Source of the DNA: Marsupella aquatica
Lineage: Eukaryota > Plantae > Marchantiophyta
DNA: 64,000 nt
Direction of reading: 5' to 3'
Assembly: GCA_973895155.1 (NCBI GenBank)
Contig: OZ316892.1
Span: 21,825,619-21,889,618 of the forward strand
The notes under the pieces are model-generated. The model was not told the DNA's origin and did not search any database. It was given only the letters and a program-made list of their open reading frames with translations. Shown piece after piece: positions 36,556-49,044 of this stretch; position 1 is the first letter of the stretch; every line of letters starts with the position of its first letter. The position numbers were made by a program, and so were the translations under genes.

Positions 36556-38800
36556 CTTTTGTAGGTTACAAGAATGGGCTGGATTGAGCCCATTAAAAGA
36601 TTCCCAAGCACAACCGCGAAATGGCTATGAAGGTTCATCACTTTGAAAGCATTGGATGCGAAATCCTACTGTAGAATTTATTTTTATTTGTGATTAGAAA
36701 TGGTGCAGAAAGGTTGACTTAGTCAACACTTTTGAAAGATCTGATTTAGCCTATTAGTTTCAATGATTACATACTGCCATTTTATGTTGAAGTACCGTTT
36801 GGAGTTGTGAGGGGCTTAGGAAATTTGTTGGGTCAGGTTGTGAAGTTGTTTGTGATGGTCCCTCTGAATTGTTGTTTTATAATCCCCCCTTGAACACAAC
36901 CAATGTTGGTAAGTATGACAAGGTCATTCCACGAGGAAGTTCAAAATTTATCTGACATATCTCTAAGAGTCTGTGAACTGAAGTAACTTGTTGGGCCTAC
37001 TATTTGGGCTAGCTTGAAACAGTCTCTCCTACTTTCTATGCAAGACCAAAAATAATTTACCTGTAGTGCAAAAGGGGCCTTGTTTTTAGTGTTTGCAGTG
37101 TCAATCTACACTGAAGGGTTACCTCTTTCCTAATTGGCGGCTATTGCCCAAAGTAATTTGTAGGCAGTGAGACATGCTGTGTATGCACTCTATAAGTTTT
37201 CTTTCAACTTTCCTGATATGTTTCTGAGGGTCAACAGTGATAGGGATGTTACATGGTGAATTTCAAATTCTATCTATGTAATAATTGCAAACAAAGTTTA
37301 CTGCTCATGATGGACTGTGTAGAGTGAAACCATAGGTAGTGATTTCTCTGGTAAGAAAAGTAGGGACCCGCTTGGAAGTCTGGACAGAGGGAGCCTTCCT
37401 CTCCATCCCATGAGTATTTGGGCTAGTACAAAAAGCTCTCAAAGAGTCTATTGAACTGAGAGAACTTGCTTGAAACCTCTTCCACCATGGGACCCCCTAT
37501 GCCTCCTTTCAGAGTTATGTGAATCCATGTAAGCTTGGCCATACTGCCAATGATGGGATGGGCCCTGCCATAATAAATAAACCTTCAAGAGAACCAAACC
37601 ACTTCCTTGTGATTTTCATGGGAGAAGACTCAATCTTTGTACACAATTGACTTGGGATGCAATAGAACCCAACTCCTACAATACTGCCTTAAGGGACGAA
37701 GTGGGGACTGAAGAAGTCAAAATAACTTCCGTCATCGCCATGGAAAAGTCTTGTTCCGTGGTCAGCTGGCCATTAACCTGGAGGTTGCCCAGGACCTAGC
37801 AGTAAACTACGAAAAACCTGTAAACCCATGTGCAATCCAAAATAAGTAATATCATTGCTTTCAAGATTTTTTTACAAAACTAACAAAGACAAATAAGGTA
37901 GTTTACAGCACCAAAATATATTATATTATTTGTTTAATATACCTTCTATAAAGTAAAATAGGTCATCTACAATTCAAAATAGCAAAAGGAAATGGGAGAA
38001 TTCTTAAATAGTTCAAGATGGCACACTGTATCCAATGTTTTTAACCCAATGAGCCCTAGACCAAGGCAACGACACCGGGATGAGGATGAATGGCTAGACT
38101 TGCCATCCACTCCCAACTCTGAAAACTTGAAGGATGTCCTCAACTGACAACAAACTAAGATTACCCCTATTTGGGGATCTGAGGGCAAGGACCATTGACC
38201 TGGGTTGAGGGCTGATGAAATAGAGCCCTCAATCTGTGTACACACTTTGACTTTGAAATCCATTTGAATCCGACCATTACAGTAGGTCATCGATATGAAA
38301 AATAGATATGAAAAATAGTGACGAGGACTAACATCAATGTAAATGTAAATATGCAAAATAATTGTGCTTGCAAGTGTCTTCCATGAAGCTCATTCCCCGG
38401 ACAAGCACGCGGGGTTTGGGTGATCACCAACTTATTATTATTTGTTAAAATTAATCCACAGAAAATCAGGCAGGAAGGCAGCAGGAAAGCAAGGAAGGCG
38501 GGGTAGGCTGATCTTGAGCCCAAATTAACACTAATTCTTGCAGTTTTTTCAAAATAATAAAATTGACACTATTTTACATTTTGGAGTCCAAAACACTAAT
38601 TCATGGGCTCAGAATTAGTGGTATTAACACCTAAATTAGTGAGTAACACAAATCCATGAGTAGAGCATGAAGTTCTCTACTCTCAAAGTAGTGTAACACT
38701 AACGATGTTTCATAGTGCAGATAGATAGACTTGCAAAACATTGGCCGAATTACACGGGTAGGAGATTCTAGATATGGGAGGGGCTTCCAGAAATCATTAT

Positions 38801-39700
38801 ACACCAGTAACATTTCTTCCTTACCAATTTCACAAGTCAAGCACACAATCTGACATGTACATTTGCAAAATAATTGCCTCCACTAGAGTCTTCCATTGCA
38901 TCATCAAAATCTGACATGTATAGTTGTAACAAATAATTGCATCTACAAGAGTAGGTCTGGTAAGTGCACATCAAAATACAACATATAAGATATATGATTC
39001 TCCACACCATGATAAACCTCATTATTTTTCTTTAAATCAATGAGTGCACGTTTTATAGTACCACATGGACTATTACCGGCAGGGGACAAGAGTCTCCCAT
39101 CACCAGGAAAATCTTGACATGTATATTTGCAACATATAATTGCGTGACCGCAAGAGTCTCCCATCTTACTATAAAAACGCCAATTGAACTCTACTATGAA
39201 GAGCCTAGGTCTAGAATGAAGCCTTTAGACCATAACTTTATGATGAATATATGAAAAACTTATATAAATGTGCATATAAAAAAATATACATAAAGAAAAA
39301 TGATATATTATATATGATTATTAAAATGATAATTTTATTTATTATTTTATTAACTTTCAAAGAATATGGCTGTCATGTGTATATGAAAAACTCATATGGA
39401 TATGCATACAAAAAGAATGATCTCATATATTATATATGATTATTAAAATAATATATTTAATTATTATTTTATTTACATTTAAAGAATATGAATAGAGAAT
39501 ATATTTTGATAATATTTTTATTTTACTTTCACCTATTCACATTCAAAGAACTACAGTAGTAGTTGGGGCTAGTCACGAGTAAAATCTGACATGTATATTT
39601 GCAACAAATAATTGCGGTGCCGCAAGAGTCTCCCATCACCAGTAAAATCTGACATTTATATTTTGCAACAAATAATAGCGTCCGCAAGAGTCTCCCGCCA
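38801..39700. repeat. Dispersed ~60-bp repeat unit cluster interrupted by an AT-rich block
   Basis: ATCTGACATGTATATTTGCAACAAATAATTGCG...CAAGAGTCTCCCATCACCAGTAAA near 38848, 38908, 39088-39165, 39584 and 39647. The AT-rich block 39248-39492 is itself a ~130-bp tandem duplication. Confidence 0.8.
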
Positions 39701-40015
39701 CGCTCATTCCGGTCGCGGACAGGTACCAGTAGGCAGGGTTTAGGTGGCCGCCGAGTTATCATTATTATTATTGGATTAGACTTTTACCGTAATAAGTAGT
39801 CCACAGTAAGGAAGGAAGGAAAGAAGGAAGGAAAGAAGGAAGGGAGGGAGCAAGGGCAGGAAGGCGGGGTAGGCGGACGCGGCATTGGACTTGTTCAGCA
39901 GCAGCAGCAACGTTGAATCGATCGGACTGCACTTGGCATTCGGCTTCGGCGGAGCGGAGCAGAGCAGATGATTTTGCGATTCGGGAATCGAGAATTGAGA
40001 ATCGAGTCGAAGTCC

Positions 40016-40019
<4 letters not shown>

Positions 40020-40053
<34 letters not shown>
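40020..40053. repeat. (GA)n microsatellite upstream of the PLAC8-family gene
   Basis: About 17 AG/GA units; an imperfect (GAAG)n tract lies at 39810-39850. Confidence 0.95.
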
Positions 40054-40055
<2 letters not shown>

Positions 40056-41308
40056 CTCGTCATCGTGCCGGCGTTTGAAACAGCCAGGAAGAAAAAACAA
40101 CAAGAACGGGCGGAAGACGAGGACGAGAGGGCCGGTTCTCGAGCTCTCGCGAGGGAGTCGTCATCGTGCCGGCGTTTCTAACGGTGAGGGAGATAAATAG
40201 AGGAAGAAGAGGGAGGGCCGATTTGAGACTGTAGAATCGAATTCTCGCGAGAGAGTCATCATTGTGCCGGCGTTTAAAACCGAAAAGAAGAAGAAGAAGA
40301 AGAAGTAAACTTAACTCTCTTCTGCGTGCGGTTCTGCCGTCTTTGACATTATCGGAGGGGGGAGTTGGCGTCCTGTTACGTTTTTGCGGACTAGTTTGTG
40401 CTGCGGGAAGAGGAGTTGGTGCCTTTTGGCGTTATTATAATCGCGGACGAGATTACAGCGCATTGATTGCGTCTGTCGTCCACTCTGCTTTTGTTCGCGT
40501 CGATTGTTGAGGAAGAAGGCGGAGGAAGAGGGAGAGTTAGGCACTCGATTGTTGTGGGAGTTGTTGGGTTCGAGTTTGATTTGGTTGTGTTACGGTCCTC
40601 TGCTCTGTGAATGCTTGTGGCCGCGTTTGTTGGATGCACTCGATTGACGCTGAAAACTGTTGCGACGCATCACGTACAGACCGATCGCGCTTTGCATTGT
40701 CTGGGCCTTCACCGCTCTGGCTGGTGCGGTCCTTCGTCAACAGTCGGGAACACGGATCCTTCAAGCAAGGATAAGCGTATTTGATAACATTTTACTCAAA
40801 TTTGGCCGTTCGGGATCCTCGTGGAGCGCTTGGAAGGGCGAAGTCGGGAGGGAAGACATTGAAGCTTGAATCACCGACATTATCTTATTACAGGTTAGGG
40901 GGACACCTCTTTCGTATCGGGCATCTGGTTGGAGATTCCACTGACAAATTGTTTCTTTGAGCACACTTTAGACATAGTAATCTTGCGATGGGGAACTGTC
41001 ACAGGTTTTCTAGCGCTAGGGCGTAAGAAAAGCTTCTCTGAGGACCCGCTTTACAGAGAAAATGGGAGTTCATGTCGACAAGTTAATTCGGCTTTTTATA
41101 TTCCTCCTTTCCGGAAGTAGACTAGGACATATGGGTTCTCAGTAATATTCAAAAGGCTGCCATTCCCGGCTACTGTAGATTGAATTCGGTGTTGCCTGAG
41201 CTTGATGACTTACTCTTCTGTCTTTATCTAGCTTTTGCGTTATCGAACTTCTCTTGGCTTACGATAAAGTTTCTCTCGAATCTCAGGGGACACTAAAAGT
41301 CGGTCAAA

Positions 41309-43813
41309 ATGGTGAGCAAAGAGTTCGTCGAGCAAATGCAGTCGCGGCAAACGTACCGCAATTTGTGGCACACAGATCTGACGAATACTATCCAAGCAGA
41401 TTTTCCTTGTACGTGACTGTTTTTCTGAGCATCATATTCATATCTTATTTAGTGAACTTGTATTTGTTCGATTATTCCAAAACGGTCATCTTGCTTCTTT
41501 CCAGATGCACCTGTCTCCACTGCCGTCTTTCATACCATTGCTGATCCTCATTATAGTGACTTATAGTAATGGGCCTACTGATTAATATAACATCAAAATT
41601 TTCCTGGTCGCGAGGATTGCAGTTGACCATAAACCTTTCACGCATCCGTTTGATTTGTAAAGAAGATAATTCTAAACCAAGAATTATTGTGAGTCAGAAC
41701 TATCGTTGGCACATCTATTCATATGAAAGCTACATGAGCTACTTCTCAGACCAATGTTCTCACGCGAATTTTCCTCGTGAATTTGTTGCCATGCCTCTTC
41801 ACTATGGCGTCGTCGAATTGCAGATTGCTGCCTTGCCTTATGGTGGTAAGTCTCTTTTAGGAGATTCGCTTGGGGACTGGTTTAGTTGCCCTGTTAATTA
41901 TGAAAGTGAGAGAAGATCAATGCAGCTACTACATAATGTTCCTTTTTCGACTGCCCGTTCATCTGCAAATTTGGATTTCTCCCAGTCTTATCCGTCTTAC
42001 TCTCTCTACGAACACTAGTTCTGGAAGATTTTAACTGTACTTATTTTACATTGTGCATGCGTAATTGGCAGCGGCCCATGTGTATCTTATCAGTTGCGGA
42101 AGCGTGCTCTCTACGGTGACATGACCAGGTATCCGTTAATTTCGCAGTTGAATATGCTACTTGTCCTATTGCTCCCCTTTTCGCACACGTTAGTGGAGCT
42201 GGAGTCATCTTTAGCGATGAAAACATTATCCATATATAAATATTTTTGGACGATGGGGTTGCAGATATACTTGCTGCGCTGGTTATTTGCCCTGCAGCGG
42301 TCACTGTGGCGAACAACAATGTCCAGAGTTTTGCTTGTGCACTGAGGTGTGTCATCTGCACTGTTTCAATCCGTGAGCTTGTCGGTTGTGTATTATTTCC
42401 AAACCTTGCGTGGGGTGATTTATCTTCTCTACGAGCCAATGTGCAACAACTTCATGTCGTTGTGAGCTAGACAAAATGGCCACAGCGTCGACGTTGCTCT
42501 GTCGCAAGTTCTATCTGAGCTCCACATTATTATTAATTAAAGCCCTGTTGTAATTTCATAGGTCTGGCTCTGTTTCGGCAATTCAGTGCAGTCGACGAGA
42601 TTTCTTCTACAGGATGAGTTCAATATTCAGACAACAAAGTGCGACAATTGCATCATTGTAAGGAAATTTGTTTTATTATTGACTTTTCCCCTGCCTAGAT
42701 TTGATGTTTGATCTTTATCGAGCTACAGACCAATTATGAGAAGACAATTGCAAATGTGACAAGCACGTCGTTACCACTTTGATAATAGAAGTAGCATATA
42801 TGAGCTTGTTCAATTGTAGGGATGTTCTTTCTCAGAACAGCGGGCCATACAAGTTTAGACCTTGTTTTGTGTGCATGATATCTTTTTATGCGTGGTTCTT
42901 TGCTCTTGTGATCTGTCAAAGCTTCTGGGTCTGCGAATTGTATCCTTCTAATTGTTGAGTACATATTTGCAGGGATTCATGTTTGTCTTACAACAAGTAG
43001 CCTGCATATTCTCCATCATCGCTGCTATCATTGGGAGTGACGAAATAGAGGCTGCGTCTAACATATTGAGTTGTGCAGCTGATTTAGTCTACTGCTCGTA
43101 AGTACTCTCTCATGCTGGTTTGCAAATGAAAGTGGAGTGTATAGAGCTATCCAATGAATATCTCTAACATCATAGTTTTAGTACGATGCATCCTTTCCAA
43201 ATTCTATATCGACCGCTCATTTGTTGCCAGATTGTTTCTGCTTTTTCTATGTAATGATCTAGGAAATATAATTGGGAAGTTAGTACTAATCGAAACGTTC
43301 TTGGTGATGTTGTTTGTGGTGGCAGAGTTTGTGCATGCATGCAGGTACTTTAGCTGGCCCTTTTTTTTTCTTTCGTTTAGTGTACTACAAGACTTTGCTT
43401 TTTGTGACTACGCAGTTTTTCATCTTTCCTGTACCGTACCTTTTGCCTTCCAGCAGATTGGAAATTTCATGGGTTGACGAAGATATTCTCAATGGTTACT
43501 GCAGACCCAACATAAAGTGGAGATGGATAAGCGAGACGGTGTATTTGGGGACGCCCCAATGAGACCACCTCAGCAAATAATGATGTCTCGATTTGACCAA
43601 CCTATTCCACCCGCTGTAGGTTATCCTCCCGTCTATGCTCCTCCTGCGCCATATCCTCCTTCATACGGTCCACCTCAAGCATATGGAGGTCCACCTCAAG
43701 CATATGGACAGGGTTATTCCGGAGGTGGCTACGCACAGCAATATCCACCTCAGGTGCAGTACCCTCCCAGCCAGGCTTACCCCCACGGCTATGCTCAAGG
43801 TTACCCTAAGTAA
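41309..43813 (+). CDS. PLAC8-family Cys-rich membrane protein with Pro/Tyr/Gly-rich C-terminal tail, ~269 aa
   Basis: Exons 41309-41408, 41824-41845, 42072-42128, 42265-42346, 42562-42657, 42973-43097, 43326-43344, 43505-43813 (810 nt, in frame). Peptides: YRNLWHTDL, CGPCVSYQLRKRALYGDMTRY, STRFLLQDEFNIQTTKCDNCIIGFMF, VCACMQTQHKVEMDKRDG. Confidence 0.93.
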
Positions 43814-45536
43814 GGCAAGTAATCCACCAAAGCCTCAGACACTCTATTAGACTTAGTAATGACAGGATATTAACAGCTATCGTATCCTTCACTATCCAAA
43901 ATTGGACTACTGTATCAGAGTGGAAACCAACGTTGCGGAGAGGCGTGCGTGTAGGCTAGGAGTGGCGTGTGTGAAATATAGGAAGAGCATAAAATATGCT
44001 CAACGAGATCATGGAGTGCGCACAACTTATGCAGTATTGTATTGTTGATTTGACACACAGAATTACTTGCAAACCTTTAGCATATCATGCCAAGAATTGC
44101 CTTGCATGTTGCCAAATACGCTTTAACGGTCCAACGGTTTGAAGTCCCGAGAAACGCTGGAACGAAGGATCTTGATAGTGATGGTTACAAGATTTTCACC
44201 GCATATACACAAAGTGCGCCATACACTAGCATGTTCCGGAACATGAAAGGTGCTCTCATTAATCGCCAAAATCCACATCGTTTCTATGACGAGTTAGTAA
44301 TGGAGTGAGTACCTTGTGCCAGATTTTCCGATGAAAGTGTACTCGCACGTCCACGAGCTTATTGAGTGTCCCTTCAGTTTTTAGCTGGATTCGAGAGGGC
44401 CAATTGCGTAGTCACAGTCTGTTGCTTACTGCTGAGCAAACATGGCAACAGTCAAAATGTGCGGAAGAAAACGGAGAGATATGTAACTACACTGCATAAT
44501 CTATACCTTTGCATCTGAAGATACGTGCAATCGGCCAGTAATGTAGAGCTCTTGGATACAAAGTTCCTGAAATGCGGCTACGATTCAAGCATCAACTATT
44601 TGGAATAGTAAACGCCCGTGGAAAGTAGGTAGGCACTAGAACGGATAGAGGAATAACTGAGCTTCGAAGAAGAAATTGGTAGTAAACCTATATAAAGGGA
44701 TAACGTCATCCGAGACAATAATATGGCATGTTGATGGCAGTCGAACATTTTAGGAATGAGAGACTGCTACCCTAAAGAATGCCACGGCCGCATCGTTGTC
44801 TGCGACTCGGACGGATATACGATAGCTGTCAGGAGTGAACTCCTGCAATTCGCAATATAGGAGCGATACTTCTATGCAATCGTATCAATCTAATGTCGGT
44901 AGGCAACAACGGTACGAGAGTACTGGACCTGTCGTCCAAAAACATTCTCACCGAATTTGACGCTGAAATATGAGGCACTACTACTCTGCTTACAAGAGCG
45001 TAGTGGTGTAGGATCAGATACTACAGACATTACCAGAGCCGCAGTGTTCTCCTTGTGCTGAAATATGAGGTACTATTACAGCGTTTTTTAATGCGTACAG
45101 AAATAGTGTTCTCCTTGTGCTGATGTTGCATGCCGATGACAACGTGATGTAAAATTTGTCCGGCCTCAAACGCCGTTTCAACCAATAAGCGGTATGAAGG
45201 CAGCATATCCTTTTATCGATGCTTACGAGAGTCTACTTGTTCACTGACACCTCGTCGAGAACTTGACTGCCACACGTGAGACAATAACAGTGAGAAGCCA
45301 AGGGAGGCTCAATTAGGCCAATCTAACGACATAATTTTGTAGCGAATATGTATCGATATCAGTATGTCCTCCTGTGTACTCGCAGTCTTATAATGCCAGT
45401 AACGGGTTGGTCATCGTCATTATCAGTTATTCTACTTTCGCAATCAAATGCCGAGGGCAATCCTCAGCTGATGCACATCCAAATCAATATCGATGCCATT
45501 GAAATGTAGAGCAGCATAGGACGATCTTCGATGTTA

Positions 45537-45926
45537 ATCGGCAAAACTGTCATTGCGGAGATCTTGCTTCGCTTCTCCACATTCATCTTCAATATTGATT
45601 GCCAAGACTGTCATTGCGGAAGTCCTGCTTCGCTGCTCCACATTAACCTTCGATATCAATTGACAAAAGCGGAAGTTCTCCTTCGGTGCTCCACATTCAT
45701 CCTCAACATCAATGGACAAAGCTGTCATTGCGGAAGTCCTAATTCGCTGCTCCACACTCATCTTCGACATTAATTGACAAAACTGTCATTGCAGAGGTCC
45801 TCCTTCGGTGCTCTCAATGACCGCAATCCTTGGCTGCTTGCGGAAGTCCTTCTCAGCTGCTCCACATTCATCGTTGTCATTGCTGAGGTCCTCCTTCGGT
45901 GCGCTCAATGACCGCAGTCCTGCGCT
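45537..45926. repeat. ~60-bp minisatellite, 5-6 degenerate copies
   Basis: Unit approximates CTGTCATTGCGGAAGTCCTGCTTCGCTGCTCCACATTCATCTTCGATATCAATTGACAAAA. Confidence 0.88.
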
Positions 45927-46200
45927 GCTTTTTCCCTACCAAAATCTGCACACCACACGAGGCAGACTATGCCAATGGACACGATATCAAAGGCAATACG
46001 ACAGTCAAGATGTTATCGTGGACGCGCTAGGAAGAAACATCTCTTCCAGTCTCGGATTGTGACTAGAGAAATAGGTCTTAGGATGGCTTTAGAAGAACTT
46101 GGGGAAGCACTTCATCTTTTTCCAAGTGTGAGATTCAATCTCAGCCATTGATATGTGGGAACAGGCCACACTTCACTTTACAGGAAACTTGGGGGCACAA

Positions 46201-46413
46201 TTAAACCACACCTGCCACTATAAAAGTCTCATTCCATGTCTCACTACTCACCATAAACTGTGTGGAACACTAGCACCTTTTGTGAAGTACTTGCCAAAAA
46301 AAGGTTTTGCAGTCAGCACCTTTTGTGGAGCTCTAAGCCCATTTTCTGAACTTGTACTCTTTAGAATGAGAGCTATGGGTTACCGGTAGCCCTTTATAGG
46401 GACAGGTGTGGTT
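46201..46413. mobile_element. MITE, same family as 22534-22810, lying between ~100-bp direct repeats
   Basis: TIRs AACCACACCTGCCACTATAAAAG and CTTTATAGGGACAGGTGTGGTT; shared body CTCATTCCATGTCTCACTACTCACCATAAA. Flanks ~46097-46200 and ~46419-46520 resemble each other. Confidence 0.75.
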
Positions 46414-49044
46414 GCAAAACTTGGGGGCATCACTTTTTTGTCCCAAGTGTGAGATGCAATCTCACCCATTGATATATCTAACAGGTCATGCATCACTTTA
46501 CATGAACTTGGGGGCACAATCAAGCAAAACCGTTAAGGAACCTAGTCCCTTTGTTCCTGATGCGTGTCCCAGCATATTTTTGAAGGTTTTACTATGTCCA
46601 GTGTGTGAAGGAGAAGATGCTCAAAATATTCTTTATCTGAGTATTTTCCTGACCATCAGATCTACCTAGATTTAAGTATGACCATTAGATTCTGGCTAGC
46701 GGACCTATGATTAGGTGGGACACTGGCTAATGAGACAGCAAAATACTAGAGAAGTTTTGCCAAAATGCTTTTTGGGGAGGTGGAATTTGGAAACATTTTG
46801 CTACTAAAAAAAGGCTTCTGTGCCCCCTTGTGAGTCCCTTTTTTTCCCTGATGTGTGCATGCCTTTTGTCCAAAAGTTAGACCTCCTAAGGTGGTCTAAA
46901 AACATGGAGCAAAATGCAGCTTACTTTCAGGGAATTGCATTGATTACTTCTAGACCCGACACATTTTGGCTTAGGCATTTTAATTTTAGTGTAAGGAAAT
47001 AGCCATCAACTTTGCTTTGGATGAGGAGATATTGAACTGCCCCCATGTCTTGTAAAACCCCCCTTAGTCTTGCCACGTCACTCCTCTCATAATTCTCTCT
47101 AACGGAATTCCAATAAAACCATGGACAGAGCACAATAGTGGATCTACATGGCTGATTGGTTTAACCACAGATTGACCAGGCGAGTTGCCAATAATAGAGA
47201 GTATGTTCTCCTGCACAGCTCAATGAGTAAGTGAAGATTCATCACAACCTGATTTCTTACAGATTTACCTGATTATCATGCCTGAACTAAAGTTGATATT
47301 CATGTTGGGAAATCGACACATTGAATAGCATGTCGTTTTTGTTGCTGGGACGTAACATTACGCTCCACCTGTTAGATGGGTTTTGAAGTATTGCCGTGTG
47401 GAATATGTATGTGAACTCACAGAAAGAACAAGTGCACACCGCAGCTCATTGATAACCATTACTGAAGTATTCTACTCCAGAGCTCCTGTACAAAGTTTGC
47501 CCAAAGTTTGCCCATAGGCTTGGTTTAGATTTTTGTTTCCGGGTGCTCTTGATTGGGTCGGATTAGATATTTGTTTCTGGGTACTCTTGATTGGGTCTTT
47601 TGCCTGAGTAATCATATCTCCTATTTGGGAGCCATTTGTTTGCTTTACCTTTGGTTCGAAATATGTGCTGTGTAGAGTGAGCAAAATTGGGTTTTGAGAG
47701 ACGAGCACTGTTCTTGAGTTGTTCTTGTGTGTTCTTGTGGGCATTGCAGTCGACGGAGAAGAGTATCTGCGAGTCCACCTCCCAGTGAGAGACCGCTACC
47801 AGTGTATTTCTGCTTTACATTTCTTTCTTGCATTTTCATAATTCAGTGACTTCTTTGGTATTTGCTCAACATCATTGCACCAACCATTTCATACCCTCAG
47901 TCTGTTATTTAGTCAGATGGATAACACATGGAGTGCATTTTCATACCTTCCCTAGTATTCACAATGGAACAATGGAAAACCAAAGGGCGCGGTCTGCCTT
48001 TTAGTCATATGGAGCACACATTGAGGGCATTCTGCTGACCAGAAGTCATTGAACACAGGAGATACGACACACCAGTGAAACGCCGAAGGAACGGCTACCA
48101 TCATTACAGGGAAGTCCAGAGAAGAACAAAGTCTTCTCAGAAAATCCTTATATTACAAGAGGTATGGACAACAGCCAGACCCCCAGTTGCTCCTTTGAGA
48201 GACCAGCGTCAGAGATGGATGCCAACTGAAAAGGCTGCTTGAGGTCATTGATCATTGAAGAATTACAAGTGGGTAGTCGGTTAAGGCATTCATTGTACCA
48301 TCTTAAGATTGCAGGCAGACATACCAAGTAGGGTAAGGCCTCCCATAAGACCACCTCCGCTAAAGATTTTCGTTAATTGGACGAGTCTGTGTACAATAAG
48401 CCACAGAACTGGGGTGACGAAAATTCAGACGAACAGAGCTGGCTTCCCGAAAAGTATACCAGACAAAGAGGATTACAAGTTTTGTGTGAGTTCCAATAAC
48501 CCCAGTATGAATTAGAGCAACCCGGGTGAACGGGGCTAGGTATGGTAGCAGCTCCACAAGATCAGTGCAGCACTGACTTGTGTACTTATAGTGAATCCAT
48601 TTCAAGATGTGCGCGGCCCAATCTGCTGTGAAAGCAAGAGCCAAGTAAGAACAGGATTGATGCAGAGGGAACCCATTGAACTGTACAGTAACAGCTTCCC
48701 CCCAACTGACTTAGAACTAGAGAAAAAAGACTTGAGCTAAAGCATTCGAGTAGCTCAAGGGAGCAATGAAGGCAAAAAGGAATGACAGAAACCATGAGGG
48801 ACAGTGTAAGGCCATGTATCCCTAAGTAACCTCCATTGCTGCCATATCGATCCCAAGAAAGTGCCTTCTAAGCGAAAATCCTACCAGTGCTAAGGAGACG
48901 AGTAAGATTAAGTTGAACTGGAGTAATCGTGTTGCAACGACGAAGGCACCATTTGGCAAAAGAATGTTGATGGGCTCCCGAAAGGATATGCTACAAAGGG
49001 AGAAAGGAAAGAGAGGACCATGCTTCATCACTGAAAGATTACTC

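Noticed and set aside
36570-37770. Possible decayed transposase or gene on the minus strand
   Set aside because: No interpretable motifs in any frame.
44730-44965. LRR-receptor-like fragments (VVCDSDG, RVLDLSSKNIL)
   Set aside because: Two short motifs in different frames; too little to call.
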